A stretch of DNA of 63,983 bases, the filler included, from Octopus bimaculoides (taxonomy: Eukaryota): NCBI RefSeq assembly GCF_001194135.2. It is 9 parts of 7 records of this genome, joined end to end, with 100 filler letters (N's around TTAATTAATTAA, not from the genome) between each part and the next. Parts side by side here need not be neighbours in the genome. Positions count along the whole stretch, not along the records: positions 34,933 to 53,643 come from NC_068986.1; 8 more parts are not named here. One strand, given 5' to 3'. Shown piece after piece: positions 34,833-49,047 of this stretch (its first letter is position 1; every line of letters begins with the position of its first letter). Made by a program: the position numbers and the translations under genes. Below the pieces are notes generated by a model. The model made no database searches and was not told the DNA's origin. It worked only from the letters and a program-made list of their open reading frames with translations.

Positions 34833-35154
34833 NNNNNNNNNNNNNNNNNNNNNNNNNNNNNNNNNNNNNNNNNNNNTTAATTAATTAANNNNNNNNNNNN
34901 NNNNNNNNNNNNNNNNNNNNNNNNNNNNNNNNTTCTGAGGAATTTCCATCCCTTTTTTTGCATAATGTATTATTTTCAAATTAATTTTAATTTTCTCATT
35001 ATGGTATTTTTAAAATTCCAAATATTTGATAAAATGTCATTAAGTACAGTACTCTCTCCACTTCCTCTACTTGAGTTGGTGATATAGTGCTTTGGCTCTC
35101 TACTAATATCATTTAAACTGATTCTTCATTATAACTATTCAAATTCAATATTAA

Positions 35155-35201
<47 letters not shown>

Positions 35202-35633
35202 AAGAGGAGAGAGAGAAAGAGGAGAGAGAGAGAGAAAGAGGAGAGAGAGGGAGTGAGTGGGAGAGTAAGCGAAAGAGATGGGAAGTGAGGGAGAGAAAAT
35301 AAAATAAAACACTAATAGGGTACAATACATATTTAGTTGCTGTTTCTATTTTATAAAACCAGGACAGCTTTAGTTGAGGAATCCTGTGTAGTGAGCAGGG
35401 TTTGCCACAAGGCTCCTCTACTGAACAACCAGGCTTGACCCACAGATCTCTTTTTCCAGTCATATCATATCTCCTCTTGATTGAGGGGGCCATACTGCAC
35501 ACTCTAACATGCAGTTGGAAAGTCTGGACAGTTGCACTCACTGTGCTGTCCAGTTTATTTCAGTCTGGCTGTTGTTTATAAACTTTATTCATTATTCTTA
35601 ACAGTAACAAAATTAACAAGGGAGCCTCTACAG

Positions 35634-35950
35634 CTGGGATTCTCAACCATTTTTTATCTATGGACCCCTTTGATTACTATTTTATTCCAGTGAACCACCC
35701 TTACCCATTCTATGCTTAAAAACTAGTTTTATAGATATGTCTTTCAAAATTCCTGTTTTGTTTTTCGCACATTAACTTGTATAGGTTGAACTATGTAAAA
35801 ATGTTAGAGAAACCTGGCTGTTTCTTGCAATACATACCTCTAAAGCAAAATTTTTTCAGGAGCCCTTAGAATACTGTTGTGAATGCCCAGTTTACTATTT
35901 TGTTACATGGACCCCAAAAATCTTATATGGACCCCAGTTGTGAACCACTG
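35634..35950. mobile_element. hAT-type MITE
   Basis: TIRs ctgggattctcaac / gttgtgaaccactg (10/14); 8-bp flanks ctctacag / cttcacag (6/8). Confidence 0.7.
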
Positions 35951-37844
35951 CTTCACAGGGTCGATTGACATGCTTAGAAAAAAAGCAGTCTTGTTTCCCA
36001 CAACAATACCCCACTCTTTTAAAATACAGCACGGGATACATTACATAGTGTAGTCTAAGATACTTTTAAAAAGGTACATGATGGTCACAATTGGATTACC
36101 TTTGAACACAGGTCTGCTTGATCAGTGCTGACTTTAGGCTAAGTAACAACAAGCATAACAATAACAATGTGTAACATGATTTTTGTCCTTGGCTAGCAAC
36201 TATTATTTCCTATTTATTTACCCCCTAGAAAGTAGGGAAAATAGCTTAATATTTTCTTCAAATTTTGCTTCTGTTACATTTATTCAAACTCCAAAGAATC
36301 CCTCTCAATACATGGCTATGGTGCTCCCTCACTACTACTGCTCATGATGAGAGATGCACATATTGTCAATCACTAATAGACATGCACAACTGGTTAAGGT
36401 CAAGCAACTGACAAGCATATCTGTGGAATTGAGCAGAATATTTGCTATGTTATTTCTGCTTCAACAACTCAGTACTGAATCTGTCTGAAATGTAATGGAA
36501 AATAGGTCAGTTTCAAAACACTGATGTTCAGGTCACAAAAGCAAAGTTTGAAGGGAATAGCAGTCATTTCCTTCGATTTCTAGATAGAAACAAATAGGAA
36601 ATAACACTTACTGACCAAAGACGAAAAAAAATTAAAATTTTGTTACACAGTGTAATAGTTATCTGATAGTAGATGAATATCAGAAACTGTTAATCCAAAA
36701 CATTTAGATTAAATCAGGAAGTAAGGATTGCTTTGCGATAATCAAGTAAGTTTTGAATTTAGATAGATGAAACCTATATGTATGTAGATTATCAGAATTA
36801 CTTCTTAAAGTGAATTCTGTTATTTTGTCTTTTCTTTTATCGTATAGACTTGTGATAGTGAAAATAGTAATACAAGAAAGAAGTTTCTTACATATTATGA
36901 TTTTGTTGTTTTTTTTTTGTTCAAGACATCATGTTTCAATTTTTTTGCTGTTTTTGGCTTTGTTCCATTTTTCTTCCATTCATTGTTTCTTGAGTATTCT
37001 AAAGAAGAATATTTGATGGAACTGGCTAAACTATTCATCGTTCACATTCACCTAATAAATTTGGCACTGAGGTGCATCTTGCTTGTCAGGGTAAATTTAA
37101 GCTATTGGAAACAACACAGTGAATTTACCTGAAAACTAGCAGACAAGTTTAAAGGAATTTTGAAGATGGAAAGCATCTTTTATTCATAGCAAAATTAAAA
37201 AAAAAAGAAGTTTTTTTTAAATATCAACCATCTTTATAAAGTTTTCAAAGATATCTAAAACTGCCTCTGGTTCTTTCATTCAAAATTGCTGTTTTTTTTT
37301 TAATGTATTTTTCTTAATATTAAAATGTGTATCATAATTTTTTATGTTCCAAACATCCAACCTAATCATCATCATCATCATCATCATCGTTTAACGTCCG
37401 CTTTCCATGNNNNNNNNNNNNNNNNNNNNNNNNNNNNNNNNNNNNNNNNNNNNNNNNNNNNNNNNNNNNNNNNNNNNNNNNNNNNNNNNNNNNNNNNNNN
37501 NNNNNNNNNTTTTTTTTTTTTTTGTGGCACCAGTACTATAGAAGTTGTCTTGCCCTCAGAAAACCAAATGTGTCCTCTCAGTTTCTATGTTGTCGTCTCT
37601 TGATTCACCAGCTACTTTACAGAGTGTATTGGGTGCTTTTTTTAATATGGTACCAGCACAAATAGGATTGCCATGAAGCTTCAGAAACTGAACGAGTAGA
37701 TATTAAAATAAAATGGAAGGAATAGGAATATGGTCATGAAAAGGTTTTAATGGAAACTGTCTGAATGAAGAAAAGAAGATTTGTCATCAAAGAGTAAAGG
37801 ATTGTTGAATTTTGAAATATTCTATCCTTAAGTTTTCTCTGTAG

Positions 37845-37888
37845 AATGAATGATGTTGCAATAATAGATTTCACAAAGTTTAACTTAT
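37845..37888 (+). CDS. Candidate 44-nt exon (MNDVAIIDFTKFNL), unknown gene
   Basis: ttttctctgtag acceptor, TAT|GTGAGT donor, one open frame, in a CpG-depleted block. Confidence 0.3.
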
Positions 37889-38251
37889 GTGAGTGAGTAC
37901 TAATGTACTTAAAATGTAGTGAACTGAAAACTTTTCAATTAAAATTACTGTTGCTATGAGGGGAGGAAAATAGAAATTCGATGGCTTAATGTTAATAAAA
38001 ACTAGTCAAAGGAGAAGGGCAACAACCCTGTACTTTTAATTAAGTTAAAATTAACATTATGCATGTTGTGAGGAGGAAAACGTTGGTTTGAGAATTAATA
38101 TTGATTTTAATTTGATTTTTGCCAAGCTCAGTTGCAATTAAGGATATGCTTTGGTATTAGTAGACTGCTTTGGCAAAACATTAGTCTTTCCACTACTTGC
38201 CTGAGTTAAACAGACAGGATTTCTCTTTAGATGTGTAAAAAATATACATAA

Positions 38252-38265
38252 GTTGTCATGACAAC
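38252..38265. promoter_or_regulatory. Perfectly palindromic X-box-like motif GTTGTCATGACAAC
   Basis: Sequence match only. Confidence 0.3.
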
Positions 38266-38700
38266 ATCACATAATGACTGAAGAAAATTACCTAGGGATA
38301 CCATCTATATGGAACATAATAATAGAGTTAAGTGCTAACATACCTAACGGATCGGATAAAACAATTTTCTGTTAATTAATAACGCTTATTTGAAATGAAG
38401 AGAGGAAAACCAGCTCAGTGATTAATATTTCCTGGTGTGATCCTTGGGGTGTTTTGTGAAAGTATTGTCTGATTACTGTTTTCTTTAATTCCATTTAAGA
38501 AAAATGTATTAGAATTCATTAGTTAGTCTTGTTTTTTTTTTAAATAGCTGAGATAATTATTTGAAACAGTGCCCCCCCTCTTTCCCGCCAGGGTTTCATG
38601 CCATGTCTTAGTAGATGATTTAACAATCATGAAGTGGGAGGCAAGCAATACAGTTCATTTCAAGAAATTGCATTCACTACCATTATTACATGTGCATAAT

Positions 38701-38890
38701 AAGATGGCAAGCTGGCAGAATTGTTAGCATGCTGGACGAAATGCTACGTTCTGAGTTCAAATTCCACTGGGGTTCACTTTGCCTTTTATCCTTTCAGGGT
38801 TGATAAAATAAGTACCAGTTGAACACTGGGGTCAATGTAATCGACAAATACCAACCTCCCCCAAGCTGCATTTGTGGCAAAAATTTGAAA
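38701..38890 (+). mobile_element. SINE family B, CpG-decayed
   Basis: aagatggcaagctggcagaattgttagc...ctttgccttttatcctttcaggg. Confidence 0.8.
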
Positions 38891-39429
38891 TAATTATTAC
38901 ATATGTATAATATTAACGAGCAGGAATGAGTATCCAAGTGTCTTTGGCGGTCATTTTGAATTGTATCACCTTTTGTATCTGGTCTTCTGTATTTGTTCCA
39001 TTAACTTATACCAATTATTTCAAAGTTTCAGGTTCTAGAAGAGAAGAAATAACATTGCTTCGTGTTCAGGATTTTATTTAAAAAAAAATTTTTTTTTCAA
39101 GAACATTTTTGAGACAGATTGAGAATGGAAAGAGATGTCACAGCAGACAGATATAAAACTCAAGTTTTATATATCTATGGCTTACTTGGAGCCTAATGCT
39201 CCTTGACAACACTTGTTCTTTCCATCTCATTGGCAGTGTCAAATAAAAGACTATACTTTCTTTGAAAATGAGTCATATGTCAAACAAGTAGAGAAAAAGA
39301 CTTCTCAATTATGATGACCAGAATCAAGAGGTAACTTACTATTGGTGTATGTATGTGTGCTTGTATGTATCATCATCATCATCATCATCCTTTAACGTCT
39401 GTTTTTCATGCTGGTATGGGTTTGACAAG

Positions 39430-39466
<37 letters not shown>

Positions 39467-39854
39467 GAGGGGGTGTACCCTTGTCTTGACATCATGTGGT
39501 GGTTGTAAATGAGCATCTCTGTCATACAAGCGATACTTGTTTCCAGTCTTCCGTAGTAAACATATCTGGCCATGGGAAATATTTATCTGAAAACAGTTAA
39601 GGGCTAGTAACAAGAAGGGTATCTGGCTGTAGAATACCTGCCTCAACAAATTCTGTCTGACCCATGCAAGCATGGAACAATGTATGTCAATTGGTGTTGA
39701 TGGTGATGATTTTATATGTATACTAGTCATAGTGTATTCAAAAAGAGAACAGAATATGAAGTATATTGGTGTTCAAAGTAAACAAATATTTAACCCTCTA
39801 GGTTCTGAATCATTTTGATTTTTGTGATGTACTGGAGATCAAATGAAAAATATA

Positions 39855-40040
39855 TGTATGTATGTGTCTGTGTTTGTCTCCCCAACATCGCTTGACAACT
39901 GATGCTGGTGTGTTTACGTCCCCGTAACTTAGTGGCTCAGCAAACGAGACCAATAGAATAAGTACTAGGCTTACAAAGAATAAGTCCCGGAGTCGATTTG
40001 TTCAACTAAAGGCAGTGTTCCAGCATGGCCGCAGTCAAAT
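39855..40040 (+). mobile_element. SINE family A, 3' half
   Basis: Tail motifs. Confidence 0.85.
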
Positions 40041-40546
40041 GACTGAAACAAGTAAAAGAGTAGTGTACTTAACAAGGAAAAATTAAAAAAAAAAAAAGAT
40101 AAAATAATAATTTAAAATTAAAATTCATATTTGTGTTTTAATAACATTATGAATAACACATTCTTCAAGATACTTGACATTAGTATAGATTTTCTAAAAT
40201 TAAAATTTTTTTAGATATCTGCAATGCACCCTTGTGGAGTACTAGTGTACTGTGTCATACTGCTTGAAAGTCACTGAATAGGATTTTCATCAATGTGATG
40301 AAATGTTAGCGAAAAGACATTTCCCCTTTTTTCTCTTTTTTTAAAATTTTTTTATAACATTTGCAATATATGTGATTGCTTTTCTTTTTGTTGTTATTGC
40401 TTTTATTCTTATAATCCTTGTTTGAGAGAATTCAGTCTCATTCCTATTGCCACCAAACTGAATATCAATTTCCATTTAATTTTGTACCCTGTCACTGAGG
40501 TAACTCCTCAGGAGGTATTCAATGCCATTGACAACATAGTGTAATG

Positions 40547-40836
40547 CAGTGTTTCCCAAAATGGGTGGTACTGCCCCCCCACCCACNNNNNNNNNNNNNN
40601 NNNNNNNNNNNNNNNNNNNNNNNNNNNNNNNNNNNNNNNNNNNNNNNNNNNNNNNNNNNNNNNNNNNNNNNNNNNNNNNNNNNNNNNNNNNNNNNNNNNN
40701 NNNNNNNNNNNNNNNNNNNNNNNNNNNNNNNNNNNNNNNNNNNNNNNNNNNNNNNNNNNNNNNNNNNNNNNNNNNNNNNNNNNNNNNNNNNNNNNNNNNN
40801 NNNNNNNNNNNNCCTGAAAAAGTTTGGAAACAACTG
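40547..40836. mobile_element. hAT (Charlie-like) MITE spanning a gap
   Basis: TIRs cagtgtttcccaaa / tttggaaacaactg; 8-bp flanks gtgtaatg / gtgcagtg (6/8). Confidence 0.65.
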
Positions 40837-42134
40837 GTGCAGTGCGTCGGTTCTTGAACACAAACAAAACAAATATTTCACTGGTGTGTACCGCTTCTGT
40901 TTACTCAGCCATTCCCAACTCCTTGCCTGATATAAGCTCCCAATTAGTCTTATTTTTGACTCAAGAACACGTGAATGTTAGAAAATTAGCTACTGGCAAT
41001 GGAATTAGCTTTTTAAATCTGCCCTCAAGAAAAGCTTAGCTGAGGATTTTATTCTTAGACTTTTGCATAATTTCAAAGTGCAATGGAATAATAAACGATT
41101 GCTTTGTTAGATATAGCTGATTTGAGGAACAGAAGAAGAAGAAGAAGAAGAAGAAAAAGAAGCAACAGACCATTAAAAGATAGCAGAATACTGATTGCAA
41201 GAAATGAAACAGAAATATCAAAAATAAAGATATGAGTTGTGTTATTTGTGTGCTCTTTTCCTATTAGTATTATCACAGAATTTGTTGCTAAAATTCCTCT
41301 ACCGACTTGAAATTGATTATATTGTTTTATTTCTTTCGTTTGAATACTAATGAACATACTGGTATTATTAATGTATATGAAAATTACTTGAAGTTACTGG
41401 AAATGGTATTTACTTTCATAATTGAGAAGCATCTGTGGTGTACCATTTTTAGCATATATTGAGTAATAAATAATACTATTGGTCATATCTGTCTCCTCTC
41501 CAGTAATGGATCATGTGATGATTTGCTGACACAAAAAAATATTCTATGGTTTTGGAGTCGGTAATGTCATTCATTATGGCAATGAACTGTACCTACACAT
41601 TGCACTTATTTATAAGCTAAGTGAATTGAGAGTGTTTGCACATGGACATCATGCAGTCTCACTAGTGAAGTATTCTAAGTAGGCTTTTAGGCAATGTGGT
41701 CCAGTGGATAGGATGTTGGGCTCATGATCATGAGGTTGTTAGTTCAATTCCTGGACTTAAAAGTGCGTTGTACAGTGTGCAGAGAAAGTGACTTCATTTC
41801 ACATTACTCCAGTCTGCTCAGCTGAAATGGACACCAACTGAGTGCTGATGTACCCCTCTCTCAAGCTCAAGCTGTCACATTGTGAATGTTCTACTAGGTG
41901 AAGGCTGGGAGGACTAAGAAGGTGTCCATGTCTGCTTGCAATGGCCTAAGCACTTAAAACAATTAGTGAGAACATGGTACACATTCTACCAAGTCATCCT
42001 CAATTCTAAGTCATGCCTCATGCAGCTCATTACCTGAAAAAGACTACCCAAAGAACAGAGTCATTCCATACAAAACAGATATGGTAGTACCTCTCTTAAA
42101 ATTCTAATTCTGGGTAAAAGGGTAAAGACTTGCT

Positions 42135-42443
42135 TTAGTCACGAATGACTATGGGATTGCACCTAGAAAGTTCCCCTCTGAGGCACAAGTCCACAGAAGG
42201 TTGTTTATGGAAGGCCAGCAGTCGCCCATGCATACTAGCCTCCCCTCTCCATGCCACTGATGTTATCCAAGGGAAAGGCAAAGGCTAATGCAGCTTGTCA
42301 CAACTCATTTCTACAGCTGAGTGAACTAGAGCAACGTGAAATAAAGTGCCTTGCTCAAGAACACAACACATAGCTCAGTTCAGGAATCAATCTCACTACC
42401 TTATGATTGTGAGCCCAATGCTCTAACTACTGAGCCATGGACT
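42135..42443 (-). mobile_element. SINE family C type, long variant
   Basis: Head at 42443 reading leftward; ttcttgagcaaggcactttatttcacgttgctc core. Confidence 0.7.
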
Positions 42444-43832
42444 TTCTGACAAGTTTTCTTGTCTTATCAGCCAGACTACTATGAGAGGAGTTGTTTCGCT
42501 CCATGTAATAGCAGGTGTTAGCTTTGTAAATTGGAAGGATTATTTCTAAGTTGTGATCTTACTTTCATACTATAGCCTATGCTTCATAGAGAGCTATCAT
42601 CCACAATGGAGCATAGGCCATCAGTGTCTTTTTCTTACTGTTCTCAGCTCTGGACTGCCTCTCCCAGGTCTTGTAGGTAGTGAATTGTCATCAATGCTTC
42701 TGTAACTTTGTATTTTCCTCAGTAGGGGTGTTGGTCCTAAGCAAACCCATTTTTACCATTGGAAAGAGGTGGCCCCTATTAATCTGGCCTCTGTCCTTTG
42801 ACCTGTCCAGTTTGGAAGGCCTTACCAGAAGCTTGCCCTCCACTGGTATAGCTCTCAGGGTTCATTGAGACACATAAGCCACCATACTACAACAAGGACA
42901 GGACTTTGTAGTGGAAGTTGTGACCTTAGACTAAGCTAGTAAGTGCTTATTGCTTTCAATATATCTAAACGTTTGTATTTTAAGATGTTCATTTGGTTTC
43001 TTAGATCTGGTTTATTTTCTTAATGCATGTTGCTACTTTGATAATTATTTTCTTTCTAAGTTGTTATGTTGTTTAACCCCAGGTCAACCCTGATCAAGCA
43101 GAACTTCCAAAGGCATGCTAGCTTTGATCATTTTGCCTTTTTTCTTACATAGAACATCTAGGGCTACATTAACTGATATATCCGTTTTTGAAGATGACAG
43201 TATAGTTTGTCTACTATTTCTAGCATATCAACAGACCTCATTGAGGTTCCCCACCCCATTGGCTGTAAGTCACATACTAAGATGGAAAAGGCCGTTGGAA
43301 CATTTGATGATAGAAGTAAACTATTTCATGAGGTGGAGCAATAGATGTTTTGAAAAGCATGTATTGTGTAGGTTAAATTGATTTCTTACATCAGTATAAC
43401 ATTTATAGGAAAGAGGAAATGAGACTTCTTGATGTTCATGTCTTTCTCAAGAGTATTAATGATATAAATTAAGTGGAGTGTAAGGGTTATTATAACTGGG
43501 AATAAAAATTGCATTATGGACTTGCTTCTTTGAGAGCTTATCTCTATTCTACAGTGTTTTCTGTGGTGTAACTTTAGATTAATAAAGTATCGAAATTGCA
43601 TAACAGACTTGTGCACTTTGTTAATACTGGTCATAATGACAATATATTGTAGAAAGAAAAAAAAAAAAAAGAAATGGCTTTTAGTCTACATTGTAGTGAG
43701 CATGTAAGTTAACCCATTAGGTTATAAAAGTAGTCTATAATCTTCACATAGTGTAACAATTGGCTGTCAGCTTTGTTGAAAGCATCCTCCAAAGGACACT
43801 TCAGGGTGAGTTTGAACTCTGAACTATCTTGT

Positions 43833-44300
43833 TCATTCTTCGTTTTTGAAGATGACCAAGATTCCACTTCTTTGAAACTGACAGCATTTCTTAAAGAGCA
43901 CCAGGAATGGAGGACTCAGCTGTGCAGGCAACCAAAGATTTGAGACTGCCTTCTGTCTTATACTACACATTTTGTGTGTGGAGATGTGAAGAGACTCTGG
44001 AAATGGCGCTAATGTGTGGCACCTCAACTATCAGAGTGAAAGGTTGAAATCTGACTTGGTTGGACTTGGATTATAGTGAAGAAGAGTTGTTCCAAATGAC
44101 CAACCACACTTTTTTGCCCGTGACTTCCTGGACCAGTGGCAAGTCAGGGTTAGATGACTGGATATATATTAGGTACACAACAAGACGACGAGGGCCATTT
44201 ATATGCTTTGAGGTACGTCTAGCACTAATGTTGCAGGATATCATCTTTCTGCTTTTTGAAGCTTGATTGATCACCAATGGCTGGGTTTCTTCAGCACTGT
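43833..44300 (-). pseudogene. Heavily decayed mariner transposase C-terminal remnant
   Basis: KMISCNISARRTS (approx. ILQHDNARPHTS), GWSFGTTLLHYNPSPTKSDFNL (approx. GWEVLPHPPYSPDLAPSDFHL), YKTEGSLKSLV, FQRSGI. Confidence 0.45.
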
Positions 44301-44887
44301 CCACCAAAATCTAATTTTCTCTCCCTCTCTGTTTATGAGTGTGAGTGTATGTCCCTTTATGTGTACAATGAGAGGGAAAGTGTTTATGTCAATTCTGCTC
44401 AGTTAATAAATTGTAATGCTTCTCTCTCTCTCACTGTATGTGTATATTTCTTTGCACTTGTGCATGTTTGCGTTTACCTCCAGTAGCAGAACATACTGTA
44501 AAAGAAACAAAAAAAACCCCCAGATTGATTGTCCAGTCAGCTGTGTCAGATCATCAGTGTCCAATCAGCCGTACCCAATTGTTTCATTCTTGTGGTACGT
44601 CAAGCCCTTACAGAATTTCAGCAAGAATTTAACACTCATTGGGTACCCTCAGCCTGGTTTAACCAGAGTGCTAAAGCTGTCGTATTGAAGGTGGTACACT
44701 GCTACTTGCAGACAGTTTATGGAAGAGCAGGTGAGAACTGGCTGTCAGGTGAGAGCCAGTGGCTAATGAGATATCTTGAAATGGAGTTAGGAGGAGTCCT
44801 ACCAAAGGTACTGACTCTCTTTGGTACCCCATGCTTTGGTATATACTAACAACACTGTATACTCATGACAATGTATCCCTCTCCTCC

Positions 44888-44993
<106 letters not shown>

Positions 44994-46672
44994 TAATGAT
45001 ATACTGTATGCTAATAGTACTATATGCTTATAATATACTCCTCAGTGGAACTCACTGTATTGCAAACATTCAAATGAGGTCCCCGGTCTGAGGATAACCT
45101 CCTCCCTTTGCACCAGTCTCGGAAGAGCTGGAGGAAACAATGGTCAATGCACTTCTTTGATTAAAATAGAAAAGAGAACGAAAACTAGTGTTACTGTTGC
45201 TTAATACTGATAAGTTGTATAATCAATGGTACAGATTTACAGCTATATCGACTGAGGCATTTTAGAGTTAGAACTCTTTGATTTGGTAGTGTGGTACCAA
45301 ATTGATTTGGCTTGATTTTAAAGCTCTCATATTGTAGTTTTAGTTGTTATTGTTATTTCGCTCCAATCAGTTTTGACTGAATAGATCTATGATCAAAAGT
45401 GTTCCAGGCATGACCATCCTACCTTTGTTTTGTTTCTCAGACAACATAGCTAGAACTACTTAATGCATTTCTCTCTCTCTCTCTCTCTCTACTTTTTTTT
45501 TAAAGAGAGCATGATGGCTGTAATTTCAGAGAGATTTATCTGGTATTTATAGCAGGTAGAACAATTGTATAAAGGCTCTCTCATAGATTCACTCAGATTC
45601 TAGTACTGTTAGAAAATAAATGAATAGCATTTATGAATTAGAAATATATATATTTTATCATGTTCTTTTTTCCTTTCTACAATCTTCCTAGTTATCTCTC
45701 AGTTTCTAATTTTCCCTTAATCTATAACATAATCTATAACAATATGATAGAGAAGAGAGTTCTAATGGCTATCTGCTGCTACGGTTTTATGTCAGCTTCT
45801 TTGTAATTGTAATAAAGAAACATTAGTTTAACATTTTCACTCAACACCCTATATTTTTGTTTTCTATTCAAAATACATCGAATGAAGAAAGATGCGGGGC
45901 TGGTGGTTGGAGGAGAAAAAAAAAGAAAATATAACACACATACAAAAAAAAAAAAAAAAGAAAGAAAGAAAGGCAAATATCTAACTTGGTTTCCAAGACA
46001 ACTCATAATGTAAGCTTTTACAGTTTTGAAAAAGCAGTATGCAACTGATTATTGCTGGCATCCTTCTTTAGAAAATCAGATGAACTTTGAATTGAATAGA
46101 AATGCAACAAGTTAAGCCATTAACTGAAACCTTAGTTGAGTTTATTAAATGTGCTGCCACCTACTCTAAAGTTTGCTTGACACCACTAGCAGGTATAATC
46201 TCCCTTATATATATATATATCTCTGAAGATTGAATTGAAAGATAGACTGGAGTAAATGCACTGAAAGCATTTCTTAAATTGCATTGTTTTCAGATTATTT
46301 CTTTTTAATTTCTTTTACTGTATTTTATTTGTATTTTCCTGTTTTCTTTCTTTCTGGTACCTTATGGTATGATAAGGACTGGAATTACTTCAGGCTGATT
46401 CTATGGGTTTTTCTTTGACACATTGCATGTATCATTTATTCACTGCTGCTGCCACCACCACTACAACCACAACCACTACCACCACCACCGCCACCCTCTC
46501 TGTGGAAGCCATCCAGGCTATATATATAAATTATATTTTCATACAATAACCTTCTGTATCATTTCTTGTCAGATTTCCTGACTTGAATGATTTTTCTTCT
46601 TTCCTTCTTCCTTTTCTTTTTCTTTTCGTTTTCCTTTTTTTTCTTTCTTTTTGTTTTTAAAATTCTTCTCAG

Positions 46673-46724
46673 CTGACATTGAAGACAAATCCTCAGTATC
46701 CATTCAACCGTCATGGGAATTCAG
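46673..46724 (+). CDS. Candidate 52-nt exon (DIEDKSSVSIQPSWEF or LTLKTNPQYPFNRHGNS)
   Basis: ~80-nt polypyrimidine tract ending ttcttctcag; donor CAG|GTTTTG, or GTAAAA 5 nt later. Confidence 0.25.
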
Positions 46725-48214
46725 GTTTTGTAAAAGTTCCTCAAAAACATTGTTCTTTATTCCTTCAAATGTTCATTTATTTTGCTTTTGATTTTCAGTT
46801 ATTTTCTTCCTCACTTCTCTTTTTACCAATTTTAATCTTTTGATCATCTACAATGGTTTTTGTCTTTCTGTCTCTGAAGGTTATAGGCATTACAATTTAT
46901 TGATGACTGCACTTTCTTCTCCCCAACTAAGTTTTTCTTGTTATCCCCTACTCCATTTCTTCGTCTTCTCCCTTCCCATCATCTGCTGTTTGCTACTAAT
47001 CTTGTTCAGAACCTATTTTGGCAAAGTACATTTTGGTTATTTTAGTATCATAAAGCTGGGATTAAAAATAGTGAATTAATTTTTTTCTCTTACTCTCTCT
47101 CTCTCTCTCNNNNNNNNNNNNNNNNNNNNNNNNNNNNNNNNNNNNNNNNNNNNNNNNNNNNNNNNNNNNNNNNNNNNNNNNNNNNNNNNNNNNNNNNNNN
47201 NNNNNNNNNNNNNNNNNNNNNNNNNNNNNNNNNNNNNNNNNNNNNNNNNNNNNNNNNNNNNNNNNNNNNNNNNNNNNNNNNNNNNNNNNNNNNNNNNNNN
47301 NNNNNNNNNNNNNNNNNNNNNNNNNNNNNNNNNNNNNNNNNNNNNNNNNNNNNNNNNNNNNNNNNNNNNNNNNNNNNNNNNNNNNNNNNNNNNNNNNNNN
47401 NNNNNNNNNNNNNNNNNNNNNNNNNNNNNNNNNNNNNNNNNNNNNNNNNNNNNNNNNNNNNNNNNNNNNNNNNNNNNNNNNNNNNNNNNNNNNNNNNNNN
47501 NNNNNNNNNNNNNNNNNNNNNNNNNNNNNNNNNNNNNNNNNNNNNNNNNNNNNNNNNNNNNNNNNNNNNNNNNNNNNNNNNNNNNNNNNNNNNNNNNNNN
47601 NNNNNNNNNNNNNNNNNNNNNNNNNNNNNNNNNNNNNNNNNNNNNNNNNNNNNNNNNNNNNNNNNNNNNNNNNNNNNNNNNNNNNNNNNNNNNNNNNNNN
47701 NNNNNNNNNNNNNNNNNNNNNNNNNNNNNNNNNNNNNNNNNNNNNNNNNNNNNNNNNNNNNNNNNNNNNNNNNNNNNNNNNNNNNNNNNNNNNNNNNNNN
47801 NNNNNNNNNNNNNNNNNNNNNNNNNNNNNNNNNNNNNNNNNNNNNNNNNNNNAAAAGCATGAAAAATGAAACTTTAAACAGTTGTATTTTTTTTTTATTA
47901 CACCTCATTTCACACATCAAGTCTTTTAAATGTTTCATATGGGGAAGCTGGTGCATTAAACGGTTAAAATAAGGCGGTTTCGTAAACGTAAGCATTCAAA
48001 AAATATATTTTGAGTTACAGGCTGTACCAAACGGGCAGGTAAATGAACCCTGGTATAGTATTTCTTCCTAAAATATTGCTTTAAAACATTAATTACTTGT
48101 AACAAATAAGTACTATATAATATTGTAGATTTTGTAAATGGGGGAGGTGGTAAACGTATTTTTGTGGCTTGCCCTGGGCATGGTTTACCCTGGCTATGTC
48201 ACTGTCTAAACATT

Positions 48215-48645
48215 TCAAAGAATTCATAGGTACTTGTTGAGAAGGACTGAGAGAGCAATGGTGAGAGAAATGTGTGGAGTGAAGCTGTTTGATAAGAGGA
48301 GGACTGAGGATTTGATGGGAATACTGGCATTGGAGGAATCGGTGGAATGGTTGGCAAGGGCGAATGGAGTGAGGTGGTATAGGCATGTGTTGAGGAGGGA
48401 TGAAGAGCATGTTCTGAGGAGGGTGATTGCACTTGAGGTAAATGGAGCACGAAAGTGAGGCAGACCAAGGAAAAGGTGGAGGGGACAGGTGGTGGAGGAG
48501 ATTGGGAGGGTTGGTTTGAAAAAGGAGGACACCCAAAACCTGACAAGGTGGTGTGAGGGTGGTTGCTATGGCATTGAGGTAGATCCTGCTACCCCTGTTA
48601 ATAGGGACAAAATCCAGATTTAAAACACTGGATGATGATGATGAT
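48215..48645 (+). mobile_element. RTE-clade LINE 3' end (second family) with (GAT)n tail
   Basis: LRRTERAMVREMCGVKL...ANGVRWYRHVLRRDEEHVLRR...GRPRKRW. Confidence 0.88.
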
Positions 48646-48696
48646 TGTTATAGATATTCTATAGAAAGTAGCACTGATTTTTGAAACAACATTTTA

Positions 48697-48906
48697 GTAT
48701 CTGAGACGTCAGATGTAAACAAACAATGAGATCAAAGATGGTAAAAGGTTAATGAGCATATATGCCATATTTCGGGAGTTTCTGTTCCTTCATCAGCATC
48801 CTTAATCATCCATGAACGCATTGCTTAAATAGTCACTAAATGCAACAGTGTAACATTATTAGACATACCAATTTTGTTGTTTGTTTACATCTGACATCTT
48901 CGATAC
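48697..48906. mobile_element. Foldback element with ~30-bp arms and a decayed minus-strand HHR at ~48762-48799
   Basis: Arms gtatctgagacgtcagatgtaaacaaacaa / ttgtttgtttacatctgacatcttcgatac; ATG-CTGATGA-A-GGA-ACAGAAAC-TCC-C-GAAA-TATGG-CAT. Confidence 0.6.
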
Positions 48907-49047
48907 AAAACGTAACAAAAATCGATGCTGGCTGTAATTTCTAACAAGTGATGTAAAATGCACTACTAACACTGTAGAACATGGTATTGATTTATAAAAA
49001 CATCTTATATATTTTATAGTATATTATAGTTGCATAATGAAACACCG

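Noticed and set aside
35524-35553. Hairpin with CAGTGA on the minus strand, IRE-like
   Set aside because: No 5-bp upper stem or bulged C at the required position.
41110-41240. Arg-rich or Lys-rich peptide after an AG
   Set aside because: Driven by an (AGA)n microsatellite, and no donor.
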